This document shows positions 7,679-17,470 of a stretch of 30,533 nucleotides of DNA, piece after piece. Each line of letters begins with the position of its first letter. Position 1 is the first letter of the stretch. The notes under the pieces were generated by a model. That model saw only the letters and a program-made list of their open reading frames with translations. It searched no databases and had not been told where the DNA came from. This DNA comes from a virus. Taxonomy: Duplodnaviria > Caudoviricetes. The stretch is taken from positions 1-30,533 of IMG/VR virus record IMGVR_UViG_3300029318_000064; one strand, written 5' to 3'. Made by a program: the position numbers and the translations under genes.

Positions 7679-10600
7679 TTACGAGATGGTCCAGTCAGCT
7701 CCTGCGCTAACTGTTACTGTAGCACCACTATTTATAGTGATTGGTCCATTACTAGATGCGCTAAAGTTAGCAGTAATGGTAGTTGTTCCAGCGAGAGTTT
7801 TTCTGTTTTGCTTGATAACACCATAGTCATCTGCATACTGTTTCTCTCCATTGAAGTAAAGACCAGTTGTAATTCCAAGAGAACCAACAACATCAAGATT
7901 ATATACTGGGGCGGGTTTATTGCCAATACCAACTTTTGAATTTCTGTAAATATTAGCACCAGAATCATTTGTAGATTCTGTCCATCTGGATGTTACAAAC
8001 TCAGCATTGTCTTGGAACAACTGACCATTGATGTTCATGTCCCCTTGGACATTCAAGATGTAGTTTCTAGATTGGTTTGGAGTTACTGTGGTATCAGTTC
8101 CAGAGAAACTATTGGTGTTAATACCAACTCTGTTATTAGCACCTTGAATAGCAAGTGCTGGTGGTAGAGCTGGGTTTGCCAAACTCTTCCAATCATCACC
8201 ACCATTGGTTACAGATGAATAAATTTCAAATACATCAGCACCACCACCAATATTAGAACCTAAACGGAATCCTCTACCACCACCATTTCCAGTTCCACCA
8301 CCTCTGAGGTGAATATCTGCTTCTTGGTTAGCTGTTCCTTTAGCAACTCTTACGCTATTTGTAACATGTGAAATGTCAACATAAGAATTTTGCCATCTAG
8401 CTCCATCAGTACCGAAGTCTTGAGAACTATCTGCGCCAGGTAAAATATCACCACTGCTATTGAATAGAATTTTATAACCTAGAGGATCATTTGTTCCATC
8501 ACCATAAACAAATCCAAGGTTACCTTGTCCTGCCCAAGAGGATGAACCTCCATTGTAAAGGTTCCAATATTGTCCATTAGCATTCTTGAGTGCTAGTGCA
8601 GCACCTGTATTACCAGTTGCTTCTAATCTTAATAGATTTGAACCAACTACATTGCTTGTCCATCCTGTTCCAACGATGTGAAGTTTTGCCTGTGGATCCG
8701 TATGACCCATAGCAACGCGACTATCAGTAGAATCAACATATAACGTATTTGTATCTACTGTTAGATCTGCAGAAATAGTTGTATTTCCACCAACACCCAG
8801 AGTTCCAGTTCCCTGAATAGTAATACCATTGTTACCAGTGATTGTTAAAGCACCAGTCATTGTATCACCAGACTTCAATACGTTGAGTGAAGAAGCACCA
8901 GTGATTGAAGCAGTGATGGTTCCAGCAGCAAAGTCACCATTAGTGTCTCTCATTACAGCAGACTTGAGTGATGCTGTTGAGACTACATTAGAAGAATTAA
9001 ATGCAACATTACCTGCGTTCCAGATAATATTTTGATTTACCTTAAATTCATTTTCATTTAGAACTTTGACTTCTAAACTACCAGATCCTTCAGTAGCACT
9101 ACCACCATCAGCGATAATTGCTGCGTTATATGTTGGCAATCCATTCTGATCTATTGCTTGTGCTTGAGATGAGTTGAACCAAATGTAAGGGTTGGTTGCA
9201 GCATTACCATCTCTTCTACCAAGTCTTAGATATCCCCTACCAGCATTATTACCAATTTCAGCTAGATCAATTGTATTGCTGTCATAAATTTCCCATTGTT
9301 CAAATTCTTTTTCATCACCAGCAACACCAATGAAGACTGCTGGTTGGATATTTCCACCAGATGCTAGTCTACCAATTAGAATCGTGTAAGTATTGGCAGA
9401 ATCATTCTGATCAATAACTTGTTGAGTAGAGTTAATTGTAAAATCACCAATATCTTGCTTATTGATATTGTAGATATTGACAACAGAAGATGCCTCAAAA
9501 TCCCCACCAGGAGAAATGTCTAGAGCTTGTCTAACAAGAATTCTATAGAAGGTATCAGTTCCACTGTAAGATTTGACCTCTAATTTATCACGGAATGCTG
9601 AAGCACTTCTCCAAACAGGAAGTCTTGTATCAAAGATCTCATTCTTTTTAATATTCCATGCATCTTGATACCAAACACCTTGTTTATTATCAAGTTTATC
9701 AGCATCTAATCCAGAATCAATACCCTGGTTTCCTGAGTTCCAAATTTCATACCAAGAACCATAGCTGGTTACTCCATCACCAGAACCACGGAGATACATT
9801 CTATCATCATTACCAAATGCAAGTTGTCTTACACCACCATAAGTAGCATCAATACCAGACTCACCATTGCGGAGAGTCATGACTAAGTGTTTAGATGAAT
9901 TTGAATTTCCAGTATCAACACTTGGGAAAGCAGTCAACAAACCATTGGTGCTGTTGAATACTGTTGCCAGAGTCAAACCTTGAACAGCATCACTTGGAGC
10001 AGGGTTTGCATTTGGGTTGTTGATACCAGTGTCAACACGTAAAGTGTTTGTAGATCTACCACTAATATCAATGCCATATGTACCACTAGCAAGTTTATCT
10101 GGTACAATACTACTGTCAACGAAGAATGCACCGTTGAGGTAATAAGTACCTTGCTGACCGTCTAATAAATCAGCATCAAGTCCACTATCTGGACCAGTCT
10201 TGATAGTGATAGAACCATTTCCTTCTTGACCAATGTTAAACTGAGACTTTCTAAATCTCGCAACACCAATAGTTCCAAATTCATCAGCAGAAATTGTTAG
10301 ATCAGAAACTCTCTGAATATCAACAGCAACATTAGCAAACTGTTTATTTACAGTGCTAACTTTTGCTAGTAGAACTAGGTTAGATCCAGCACCAATAGCA
10401 GCTGGATTTGGTGTTACTTGGAAATCTGATGTATATCCACTACCAGCATTAGTTACAGTAGCATCAGTAACTTCACCACCAGAAACAATGAGGTTAACTC
10501 TTAAATCTGTACCAGTGCCACCATCAAGAGAAATATCAAAGTATTGATTGTCAGTATATCCAGAACCAGGATTAGCAATTACAACACTGTCAATAAAGTT

Positions 10601-13600
10601 GCCAATAGTATTTGAAGAATCAAATGTTAGAGGAGAAGCTCCTCTTTCAAATTCAATTACTGTTCCTGCTGCAATTGCAGTTGTAATTGGATTATTGAGA
10701 GATACAGTTGTTAAACCACCAGTAGTAACGACACCATTAATGTTTGTATTTGCTGGAATGCCAGCAACATTGGCAACGACTTCATGACCAATTAATGCAT
10801 TTTGATTAGACTCAAAGATCAAAGAACTAGCACCATTTGCTGCTTGCGTGTATAGTCTCGCAAAATATCTCGTTTCAGCACCTTTAATTGACTGAACAGC
10901 AGGAGCAAAGTTTTGATCACCACGTAAGAATGTAAACGAGTTTGCAGCACCGCCTGTTGCCAATCTGTCTGTTTCAATAACACCAGATGTAATGTCAGAA
11001 GCAGCAATTTGGTTGGAAGATAGAGATACCCAGTTATTGGCATCACTAGAAGATGTATTAACAACTCTATTGATATTGACAGTATTAGCACTTGGAGAAT
11101 CACTATCATCAAATGTGTCAGTATCAAGCATCTTGATATTGTTAACAATATCACCATACAATCTGCTTTCAATTAATGGAGTTGCAGTTGCTTGAGTGCC
11201 AGCTCCAGGAGGTCCTTGAATAGTAACTACTGGTTGAGTAGTATATCCAAAACCACCCACATAACCAGCATTTTCTGTAATTGTAACAGTAACAACTTCA
11301 CCATTAGCAATAGTACATGTTGCTGTTGCTGGAACAGCACCTGCAGATGGGTTACCACCAGAAATAGTTACTGGAGGAGCAACTGTGTACCCAGAACCAC
11401 CATCAGTGATATTAATTTTGTATAATACACCTTGTCTATATTCTGTAGCTTGAATTCTACCTGTAGAAGGTGTGCCTGTATAAACATCGTTTACGTTGAA
11501 TACCAGACTGGAGTCTACAGCAAATCCTAAGAATAGACTATCAAGGTCATTATTTAGAATGAATGATTGTGAAGTGTCTTGCTGGATCGCGATGTCACCA
11601 GCAAGTGCTCCATCAATAGAAAGTCTTTCTGCTTGATTGGCAACTGTGTAGACTTGGAAAGGTCTGAGTGCTGGAATCTGGTCAATAGAAATCTTACCAG
11701 AGTCGGTAAGTTCAACCAATGCTCTAGGAACAGCATTCGTAGAGTAAGGCTTGTTGATGTAAGGACCGAGGTTATTGGTAATGTAGTCCTTAACTGCCTT
11801 TTGAGTTGGTAGTTTAGAATCACTAGAGTTAGCACCACCAAGTGTATTGGAAGCATCAAAACCAGTAACAACAACGTCTCCGCCTTTCAGTTTTAAGAAT
11901 TCAACTTCAGAGATGGTAACCGTACCAGTAAAGGTAATGTTACCAGTTCTGTTTTCAATTCTAGCAAATGTACCAACCTTGAAGTCACCTAGTTCGTCAG
12001 TACCAGAAACGTATACACGACCATAGTTTTCAGAAACTTGTTCGTTTGCCTCAACTTTAGTACCACCGTTCTCAGGTAATGCAAGATAGTTATTACCAGA
12101 ACCTGCAAATTCCCAGGTGTGGGAGGATGAGTTGACGATAGATGGTCTGTGTAGTCTAATAGTAGCATTAGATGCAGCAGCTGGTGTCAGTGCTTGCTGT
12201 AGTGCTGTTAAACCAGAAATAGTAGCTCCATCAGATTCTCTAATTAGAGATAGACCATTTCCAATACCATCATCAAGTGTAATAGTTGCGGAGAAAGGAG
12301 GTCCAACAGTAACACCACTTACAGCATCAATAAAGAATTCTTTGTCTGGATCAGCATTTCTGAAACCATCAATTTTGACAATATAATGCTCAAGTGGTTC
12401 TCTACCAATTCCACCAACTGTCATGGTAGTTCTTCCAGTTGGAGTTTGAGATACTACATTAACTGTGCCTGCATCAAACTCATATGGATCTTTACGGAAA
12501 CCTGTTCCTCTTAGAGCAAATGTACCAAAGTTGGTAGCAGAGTTAGTAATAGATGCATATCCACCAGACTCACAAAGAACGCCATCTTGACAGAAGATAA
12601 CAAACACAGAAACTAATTGTGTATAACCATCTTCAATAACCTTATAACCTGTACCACCAAAGGATACAATCGTAAATGCTGCAGCAACCATGGATTTACC
12701 CTGGTTAGGGAAGGATGCTGTTCCGTCTGGTTCTAGACCAGGGAAAGGACAGTTAGGTTGCTTAACTTTTGTACCATCAATCAGAGCACCGCCACCACCT
12801 CTGAAAGAGATAACAGATGCGTTCTGTGTATAAGGAGATGCTTCAATAATTGGGAAATCATCATATCTACCACGAACCGCCATGCGGTTGTTATTGAAGT
12901 CATAGATATAGCTATCTGGATATGAAATAATTGGAGCAGTGCTATAAAGAGTTCCAAATGTTTGTGTAATAGAACCAGGAGCAGCTCCATTTACCGTATC
13001 TGTTGCATACTGTAAAATACTATCAAATGTTGCTAGCGATGTTGTAATAGCAGATGCAATAGCAGCACAAGATGGATTTGCACTATCCTCTAGAATACTC
13101 CAATCTTCAAATTTGGGAACAGGTGAAGTTGTAGCATATGGATTGTAAATAATTTTAGTGCCATTTGCTAGAGCAGATACAAATGTATGTGCGTCTGTAT
13201 TGCTTCCTGCTACACCAGGATTCAAAGTAAGTGTGGTGCTTCCACCAGAAGAAGTTACATTAGTGATTAAGAAACTTTGACCAAAGTTCGTATCAGTTCT
13301 ATATGGACTTGCATCATTACCACCACCATTAGCAGCACAGCTATATGTAATAGCACCTTCAGCAAAAGCGATTCTATCAGAGTTAGCAACAGGTGGTGTT
13401 GCAGGATCTGGGATGACAACTGTCATTGCACCACTTGCAGGATCATATGTAGATCCTGTTGGAGTTGTAGATAGAACATCACCATCAGACCAGTTACGCA
13501 TTGCTGCGATACTAAGATCTCTTACTTGCTGGAATGCGTATCTAGTTTCATCTAACTGTGCTTCTGCAATACCAGAAAGAACTGTTCCACTGAAATAAGA

Positions 13601-16600
13601 TTCTGCAGCAGAAACAACACCATGGTTTCCGCCCAATACCAAGTCTCTTACAAGTCCTTCAATGACAAGTTTGATATCCCTACGGCACTTTCTTTGATGA
13701 ATATCAGACAGATTCAAAGTTGGATAATTATTTTCTGTATTGATAAGTGCCTGATCTGCAATAAGATCAGCGTTTTTAGCAATCAAATATGCTGCATCAA
13801 GATATGTTCCAGATGCGTTATTGGAAATAACATCTACCCAAAGATATGATAAAGTATCAATAGCAGATCTTACATCATCACAAGCAGGAGTTCCTGCTGT
13901 TGCAGTGATAATAGTTGGGTCGGTATACCTTGTAGTTGTGGCGTGTTTTGTAGTGTAGAGAGGATCACCAGTAGTTCTATTCTTAATCCTCCAATTGCAC
14001 ATTGCATAGATTGCTAGTTCTCTAGCATACTCAATCGCACGTACATTCTGAATGATTTCATCTTCAATATATGCGATTTTACCACCAACAATATACTTCT
14101 TAGCAGCTTCAATAATATTATGATTAGATCCAAATTCAAGGTCTCTAACTAGAGCATTGAGGAAGTGAATTACATCTTGCTTGCATTGCTCATCACCATT
14201 CGTACCACTATTGGTGGATGTTGGTGAACTATATGCTGGATATAGTTTTTGACCAGCTTCACATGAAATTAAAATGTCTGCTAGTTGTACGGTATCATCT
14301 TCAGACAATGCTGAGATAGCAGCAGCAGTTGTGGTGATTGTAGCAACACCAGTGACTGTTGTATCGTAAACAAATCCACTAATGGCATAAGAATTACCAC
14401 CAAATGTTACTGTACCGCCGCTAACATAAGTATTTGCATGGTCTAGAGTACCTAGATAAATGTCAAATGTGTTGTTGACTGCATCTAGATTATATACTGA
14501 ATAATAATCAGACTTAAATTGATCGTTAATAATACCAACTACTTCTTCTGCGATGTAGTCCCTATTATTTCTTATTAACTGACAAGCATCTTGATATCTT
14601 CTCTCAACAGGAGTCGCAAGTGGAAACTTGTTTGGTGAGTTGAGTAGAGATAATGTAACAGACTTTGAATATGATTTTACCCTAGCAAATTCACCAGGAT
14701 TGAAGTTTGCATTTGTGAAAGATGGAAATTTCTTGGGGATAACAAAACGTCTTGCACGACCATCAGCATCCTCTAGAACCTTGTAAATTCTTTGCTTTCC
14801 ATTCAAGAAAGAAAGATCTGGGTTAGAGGTTGGCATGTTCTCAAGAACAATTTCTTGACCCTCTTTAAATTCATGAGTATTAGTTCTACCTACAAGAGCA
14901 CTGGTATAGAGAACAATACCACCAAGGTCCTCAGCACTACCAAATTGTGCTTCTTGGAAACCACCTGTTGCAATACTAGGGTCTCCCTGTAAGGAGAAAT
15001 CCAATCTAGTAATTGGTAAAGTAGATGTAATGTCTTCATCATATGAAACAACTTCACCTTCAGCTCTAATTGATTTTAACTGAACAGTATCAATTGTATT
15101 AACTACAGGTGTCGCAGAATTAATTGAAATTGTTTCTGCTTGAGTAGTGTCCCAACTTGGAGCATCTAGTACAGGAACAAAAAGAACGTCCCAATATGTT
15201 GGTGCGTTTGTATCATCAATACTAGAGACCTGATAATATCCTTGAGTGAAAGATGAATTATCGGCATCATCCAGATAAACATATGTTCCAGATGGAATAG
15301 TGGAAGTTGGATCTGTAGTAAATCTAAGACGATTTGCTCCTGCTGTTTGACTAATAGTTAAGGATATAGATCCACCAGTAACAGATGATGAAATATAACT
15401 GTATTGATCACCCTCAATTAACGAAGAAGACCCTGGTTGCAATTGAATATCAATAGTACCAGCGACATAAGCATTAGCACCTGTAGTTGAGTCAAATGTA
15501 ACATCTAAGATGTCTGCTCTACCACCAGTGTTCAAACCAACTGCTACCAATCCAGATTGCAAAAGTTGCAATCCAGTGTTATTTTGGAATGTAATACGGA
15601 ATCTTTCTGGTCCAAAAATTTGATGACCAATTGGAAACTCAACTCCAAAGTCTCCATTGATTTCATTATCAATGATAATTCTTTGCTTGTCGTCAAAGAC
15701 CATAGCAAAGTCCCATGTGCCAACTGGATCTCCATTGGCATCAATTTTATCTCTATACGTTACACCAGTAACATAGTTCTTATCACCAAATTTGAAAATG
15801 TGCTTACCAATATTTGCTGGTCTAATAATTACTAGACGAAGGTTATCACCAACAACCGAGCAATCAGGTGGCAGTGAAATTGGGTTATCTTCTACATAAT
15901 CACCACCAGAAACAATCAGAGTTTCTTTAACACCAGGAGTAGACCATGCGATCTGCGCTGCTTTTTTGATTGTACGAACTGGGTTTACAGCGGAACGACC
16001 ATCGTTTAGGTCAGAACCAATCTGCTGAGAAACATAAACACGACCACCAACGTCATTCGTTGCTAGGTTGAGGACGTATTCTGTAGTTGCAATCTTATCA
16101 GATCTATCACCAAGTAGTGGTGTAATAGATCTTGGGAATACACCAGAGTCTCCAGTTTCTAAAAACTTGTACGCATTTGGATCAGTAACTCTAAAACCAA
16201 TATGCTTAAATTGTACCTCTCCATTCAGTTCAATGCCGTCTTTATGAAGTGGTTCAGATGTTCCAGTAGTTCCTGTGTTTACTGCTTGATATACATTACC
16301 AAAAGCATATCTATACTGATTTTTTTGTACAATAACATTGGCAGCCCAAGGCGTACCAGTAGAGTTCATGTAAGTCTTAAGATTGGGTGCTCTTAAGTTT
16401 AGATCTGGAGTAACAAAGTTTTCAATATCAAGGTTTAGAATTCTTGCAGTATCAGAAATGATAGATGTAGAAGTTCTGATAGCACCATTAATATCAAGTT
16501 CAAAGTCAACAGTATCAAGAACAGCGGTTGCTGCAGCACCAGCACCATTACCACCAGTGAAGACAACATTTGGAGCTGTAGAATAACCGTTACCAGGATC

Positions 16601-16924
16601 ATTGACAGCAATAGAAACAACTGCTCCATTAAAAATAAAAGCAGACGCTTGTGCTTGAGTTCCACCTGCAGGTGGTGGATCAATTTCAACTGTTGGGGCT
16701 AAAGTATATCCAGAACCTCCAGCAGTAACGTTAATCTCATTAACTCTCTGACCAGTTCTGTTAATACCAACACGGGGTAATCCGCTTTGAGCATCTAGCT
16801 CTAAACGCATTACTTCTTTCTCATTAGCGCCCGCCCCGACTCTAATGGTAGCTTCATTATCACCGATAAGTTTAGGATTTATGCCCCTAATTTTCTCTTT
16901 ATCGGAATTAATATGAAAACTCAT
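7679..16924 (-). CDS. Giant multidomain virion fibre/tailspike-like protein (3081 aa)
   Basis: GSGYT-AP-V repeats; beta-helix cap motif (VYVSQQIGSDLNDGRSAVNPVRTIKKA...GDYVEDNPI...VVGDNLR); two SGLDADxLD fibre motifs; RVGIN/KVGIG fibre motifs; C-terminal GPITINSGATVTVSAGADWTI; late promoter upstream. Confidence 0.85.
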   Translation of the reverse strand: MSFHINSDKEKIRGINPKLIGDNEATIRVGAGANEKEVMRLELDAQSGLPRVGINRTGQRVNEINVTAGGSGYTLAPTVEIDPPPAGGTQAQASAFIFNGAVVSIAVNDPGNGYSTAPNVVFTGGNGAGAAATAVLDTVDFELDINGAIRTSTSIISDTARILNLDIENFVTPDLNLRAPNLKTYMNSTGTPWAANVIVQKNQYRYAFGNVYQAVNTGTTGTSEPLHKDGIELNGEVQFKHIGFRVTDPNAYKFLETGDSGVFPRSITPLLGDRSDKIATTEYVLNLATNDVGGRVYVSQQIGSDLNDGRSAVNPVRTIKKAAQIAWSTPGVKETLIVSGGDYVEDNPISLPPDCSVVGDNLRLVIIRPANIGKHIFKFGDKNYVTGVTYRDKIDANGDPVGTWDFAMVFDDKQRIIIDNEINGDFGVEFPIGHQIFGPERFRITFQNNTGLQLLQSGLVAVGLNTGGRADILDVTFDSTTGANAYVAGTIDIQLQPGSSSLIEGDQYSYISSSVTGGSISLTISQTAGANRLRFTTDPTSTIPSGTYVYLDDADNSSFTQGYYQVSSIDDTNAPTYWDVLFVPVLDAPSWDTTQAETISINSATPVVNTIDTVQLKSIRAEGEVVSYDEDITSTLPITRLDFSLQGDPSIATGGFQEAQFGSAEDLGGIVLYTSALVGRTNTHEFKEGQEIVLENMPTSNPDLSFLNGKQRIYKVLEDADGRARRFVIPKKFPSFTNANFNPGEFARVKSYSKSVTLSLLNSPNKFPLATPVERRYQDACQLIRNNRDYIAEEVVGIINDQFKSDYYSVYNLDAVNNTFDIYLGTLDHANTYVSGGTVTFGGNSYAISGFVYDTTVTGVATITTTAAAISALSEDDTVQLADILISCEAGQKLYPAYSSPTSTNSGTNGDEQCKQDVIHFLNALVRDLEFGSNHNIIEAAKKYIVGGKIAYIEDEIIQNVRAIEYARELAIYAMCNWRIKNRTTGDPLYTTKHATTTRYTDPTIITATAGTPACDDVRSAIDTLSYLWVDVISNNASGTYLDAAYLIAKNADLIADQALINTENNYPTLNLSDIHQRKCRRDIKLVIEGLVRDLVLGGNHGVVSAAESYFSGTVLSGIAEAQLDETRYAFQQVRDLSIAAMRNWSDGDVLSTTPTGSTYDPASGAMTVVIPDPATPPVANSDRIAFAEGAITYSCAANGGGNDASPYRTDTNFGQSFLITNVTSSGGSTTLTLNPGVAGSNTDAHTFVSALANGTKIIYNPYATTSPVPKFEDWSILEDSANPSCAAIASAITTSLATFDSILQYATDTVNGAAPGSITQTFGTLYSTAPIISYPDSYIYDFNNNRMAVRGRYDDFPIIEASPYTQNASVISFRGGGGALIDGTKVKQPNCPFPGLEPDGTASFPNQGKSMVAAAFTIVSFGGTGYKVIEDGYTQLVSVFVIFCQDGVLCESGGYASITNSATNFGTFALRGTGFRKDPYEFDAGTVNVVSQTPTGRTTMTVGGIGREPLEHYIVKIDGFRNADPDKEFFIDAVSGVTVGPPFSATITLDDGIGNGLSLIRESDGATISGLTALQQALTPAAASNATIRLHRPSIVNSSSHTWEFAGSGNNYLALPENGGTKVEANEQVSENYGRVYVSGTDELGDFKVGTFARIENRTGNITFTGTVTISEVEFLKLKGGDVVVTGFDASNTLGGANSSDSKLPTQKAVKDYITNNLGPYINKPYSTNAVPRALVELTDSGKISIDQIPALRPFQVYTVANQAERLSIDGALAGDIAIQQDTSQSFILNNDLDSLFLGFAVDSSLVFNVNDVYTGTPSTGRIQATEYRQGVLYKINITDGGSGYTVAPPVTISGGNPSAGAVPATATCTIANGEVVTVTITENAGYVGGFGYTTQPVVTIQGPPGAGTQATATPLIESRLYGDIVNNIKMLDTDTFDDSDSPSANTVNINRVVNTSSSDANNWVSLSSNQIAASDITSGVIETDRLATGGAANSFTFLRGDQNFAPAVQSIKGAETRYFARLYTQAANGASSLIFESNQNALIGHEVVANVAGIPANTNINGVVTTGGLTTVSLNNPITTAIAAGTVIEFERGASPLTFDSSNTIGNFIDSVVIANPGSGYTDNQYFDISLDGGTGTDLRVNLIVSGGEVTDATVTNAGSGYTSDFQVTPNPAAIGAGSNLVLLAKVSTVNKQFANVAVDIQRVSDLTISADEFGTIGVARFRKSQFNIGQEGNGSITIKTGPDSGLDADLLDGQQGTYYLNGAFFVDSSIVPDKLASGTYGIDISGRSTNTLRVDTGINNPNANPAPSDAVQGLTLATVFNSTNGLLTAFPSVDTGNSNSSKHLVMTLRNGESGIDATYGGVRQLAFGNDDRMYLRGSGDGVTSYGSWYEIWNSGNQGIDSGLDADKLDNKQGVWYQDAWNIKKNEIFDTRLPVWRSASAFRDKLEVKSYSGTDTFYRILVRQALDISPGGDFEASSVVNIYNINKQDIGDFTINSTQQVIDQNDSANTYTILIGRLASGGNIQPAVFIGVAGDEKEFEQWEIYDSNTIDLAEIGNNAGRGYLRLGRRDGNAATNPYIWFNSSQAQAIDQNGLPTYNAAIIADGGSATEGSGSLEVKVLNENEFKVNQNIIWNAGNVAFNSSNVVSTASLKSAVMRDTNGDFAAGTITASITGASSLNVLKSGDTMTGALTITGNNGITIQGTGTLGVGGNTTISADLTVDTNTLYVDSTDSRVAMGHTDPQAKLHIVGTGWTSNVVGSNLLRLEATGNTGAALALKNANGQYWNLYNGGSSSWAGQGNLGFVYGDGTNDPLGYKILFNSSGDILPGADSSQDFGTDGARWQNSYVDISHVTNSVRVAKGTANQEADIHLRGGGTGNGGGRGFRLGSNIGGGADVFEIYSSVTNGGDDWKSLANPALPPALAIQGANNRVGINTNSFSGTDTTVTPNQSRNYILNVQGDMNINGQLFQDNAEFVTSRWTESTNDSGANIYRNSKVGIGNKPAPVYNLDVVGSLGITTGLYFNGEKQYADDYGVIKQNRKTLAGTTTITANFSASSNGPITINSGATVTVSAGADWTIS

Positions 16925-16959
16925 GGTGTTACCGTGCCCTTGACTTTTTTCCTATCTTA

Positions 16960-16966
16960 TATTTAG
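16960..16966 (-). promoter_or_regulatory. T4-like late promoter (CTAAATA) for the 3081-aa gene
   Basis: Minus-strand CTAAATA in the 44-nt intergenic gap, 36 nt before ATG 16924. Confidence 0.7.
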
Positions 16967-16968
16967 CA

Positions 16969-17469
16969 TCACGCCCAGGCAATACTAATAACTTCAGTAG
17001 ATACTGCCCACTTAATTGTCTGTACAGTTCCAGTTCTTACTGTAGAATAACTGAAACGATTAGTTGCCGTAAAAGAACTGATATTCCAGGATTCATTAAC
17101 AGGAACATCATGTTTAATAATTGTCAACATATTTGATAATTCTGACACAGCGCCAGATCCATCACAATATACCGCACTTTCAATCTTACCAGAATAAACA
17201 ACTCCCGATGGATTTACTCCAATAAAATGTCCTGTAATAAAATTCATCGTACTATTATCAATAGTAATAGATGTCCCAACATCATCCAATTGCAAAGTTG
17301 CTGTGTTAACTCCTCTTAGAATGTAATTTGTAGTTTTACTATCTGTGTAGAAAGAGTTCTTCATCTCAATTGAGTTAAACTCTTTTGCATTATGGAGCTC
17401 ATCTACATGAACTGTTTCTCCTACTGAGAATCCTCCAAGAGATTCAAACTTTTGTAAATTGGTTGCCAT
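16969..17469 (-). CDS. Hypothetical protein, probably virion-associated (166 aa)
   Basis: Starts 1 nt after the 1611-aa gene stop; Ser/Thr- and beta-strand-rich; no recognisable catalytic motif. Confidence 0.7.
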   Translation of the reverse strand: MATNLQKFESLGGFSVGETVHVDELHNAKEFNSIEMKNSFYTDSKTTNYILRGVNTATLQLDDVGTSITIDNSTMNFITGHFIGVNPSGVVYSGKIESAVYCDGSGAVSELSNMLTIIKHDVPVNESWNISSFTATNRFSYSTVRTGTVQTIKWAVSTEVISIAWA

Positions 17470-17470
17470 T

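Noticed and set aside
14582-14584. Cys781 as equivalent of the phycoerythrin beta-50/61 chromophore site
   Set aside because: In my alignment it falls in the LDAV-equivalent block rather than at the beta-50 or beta-61 position, and repeat 2 has Ala there.
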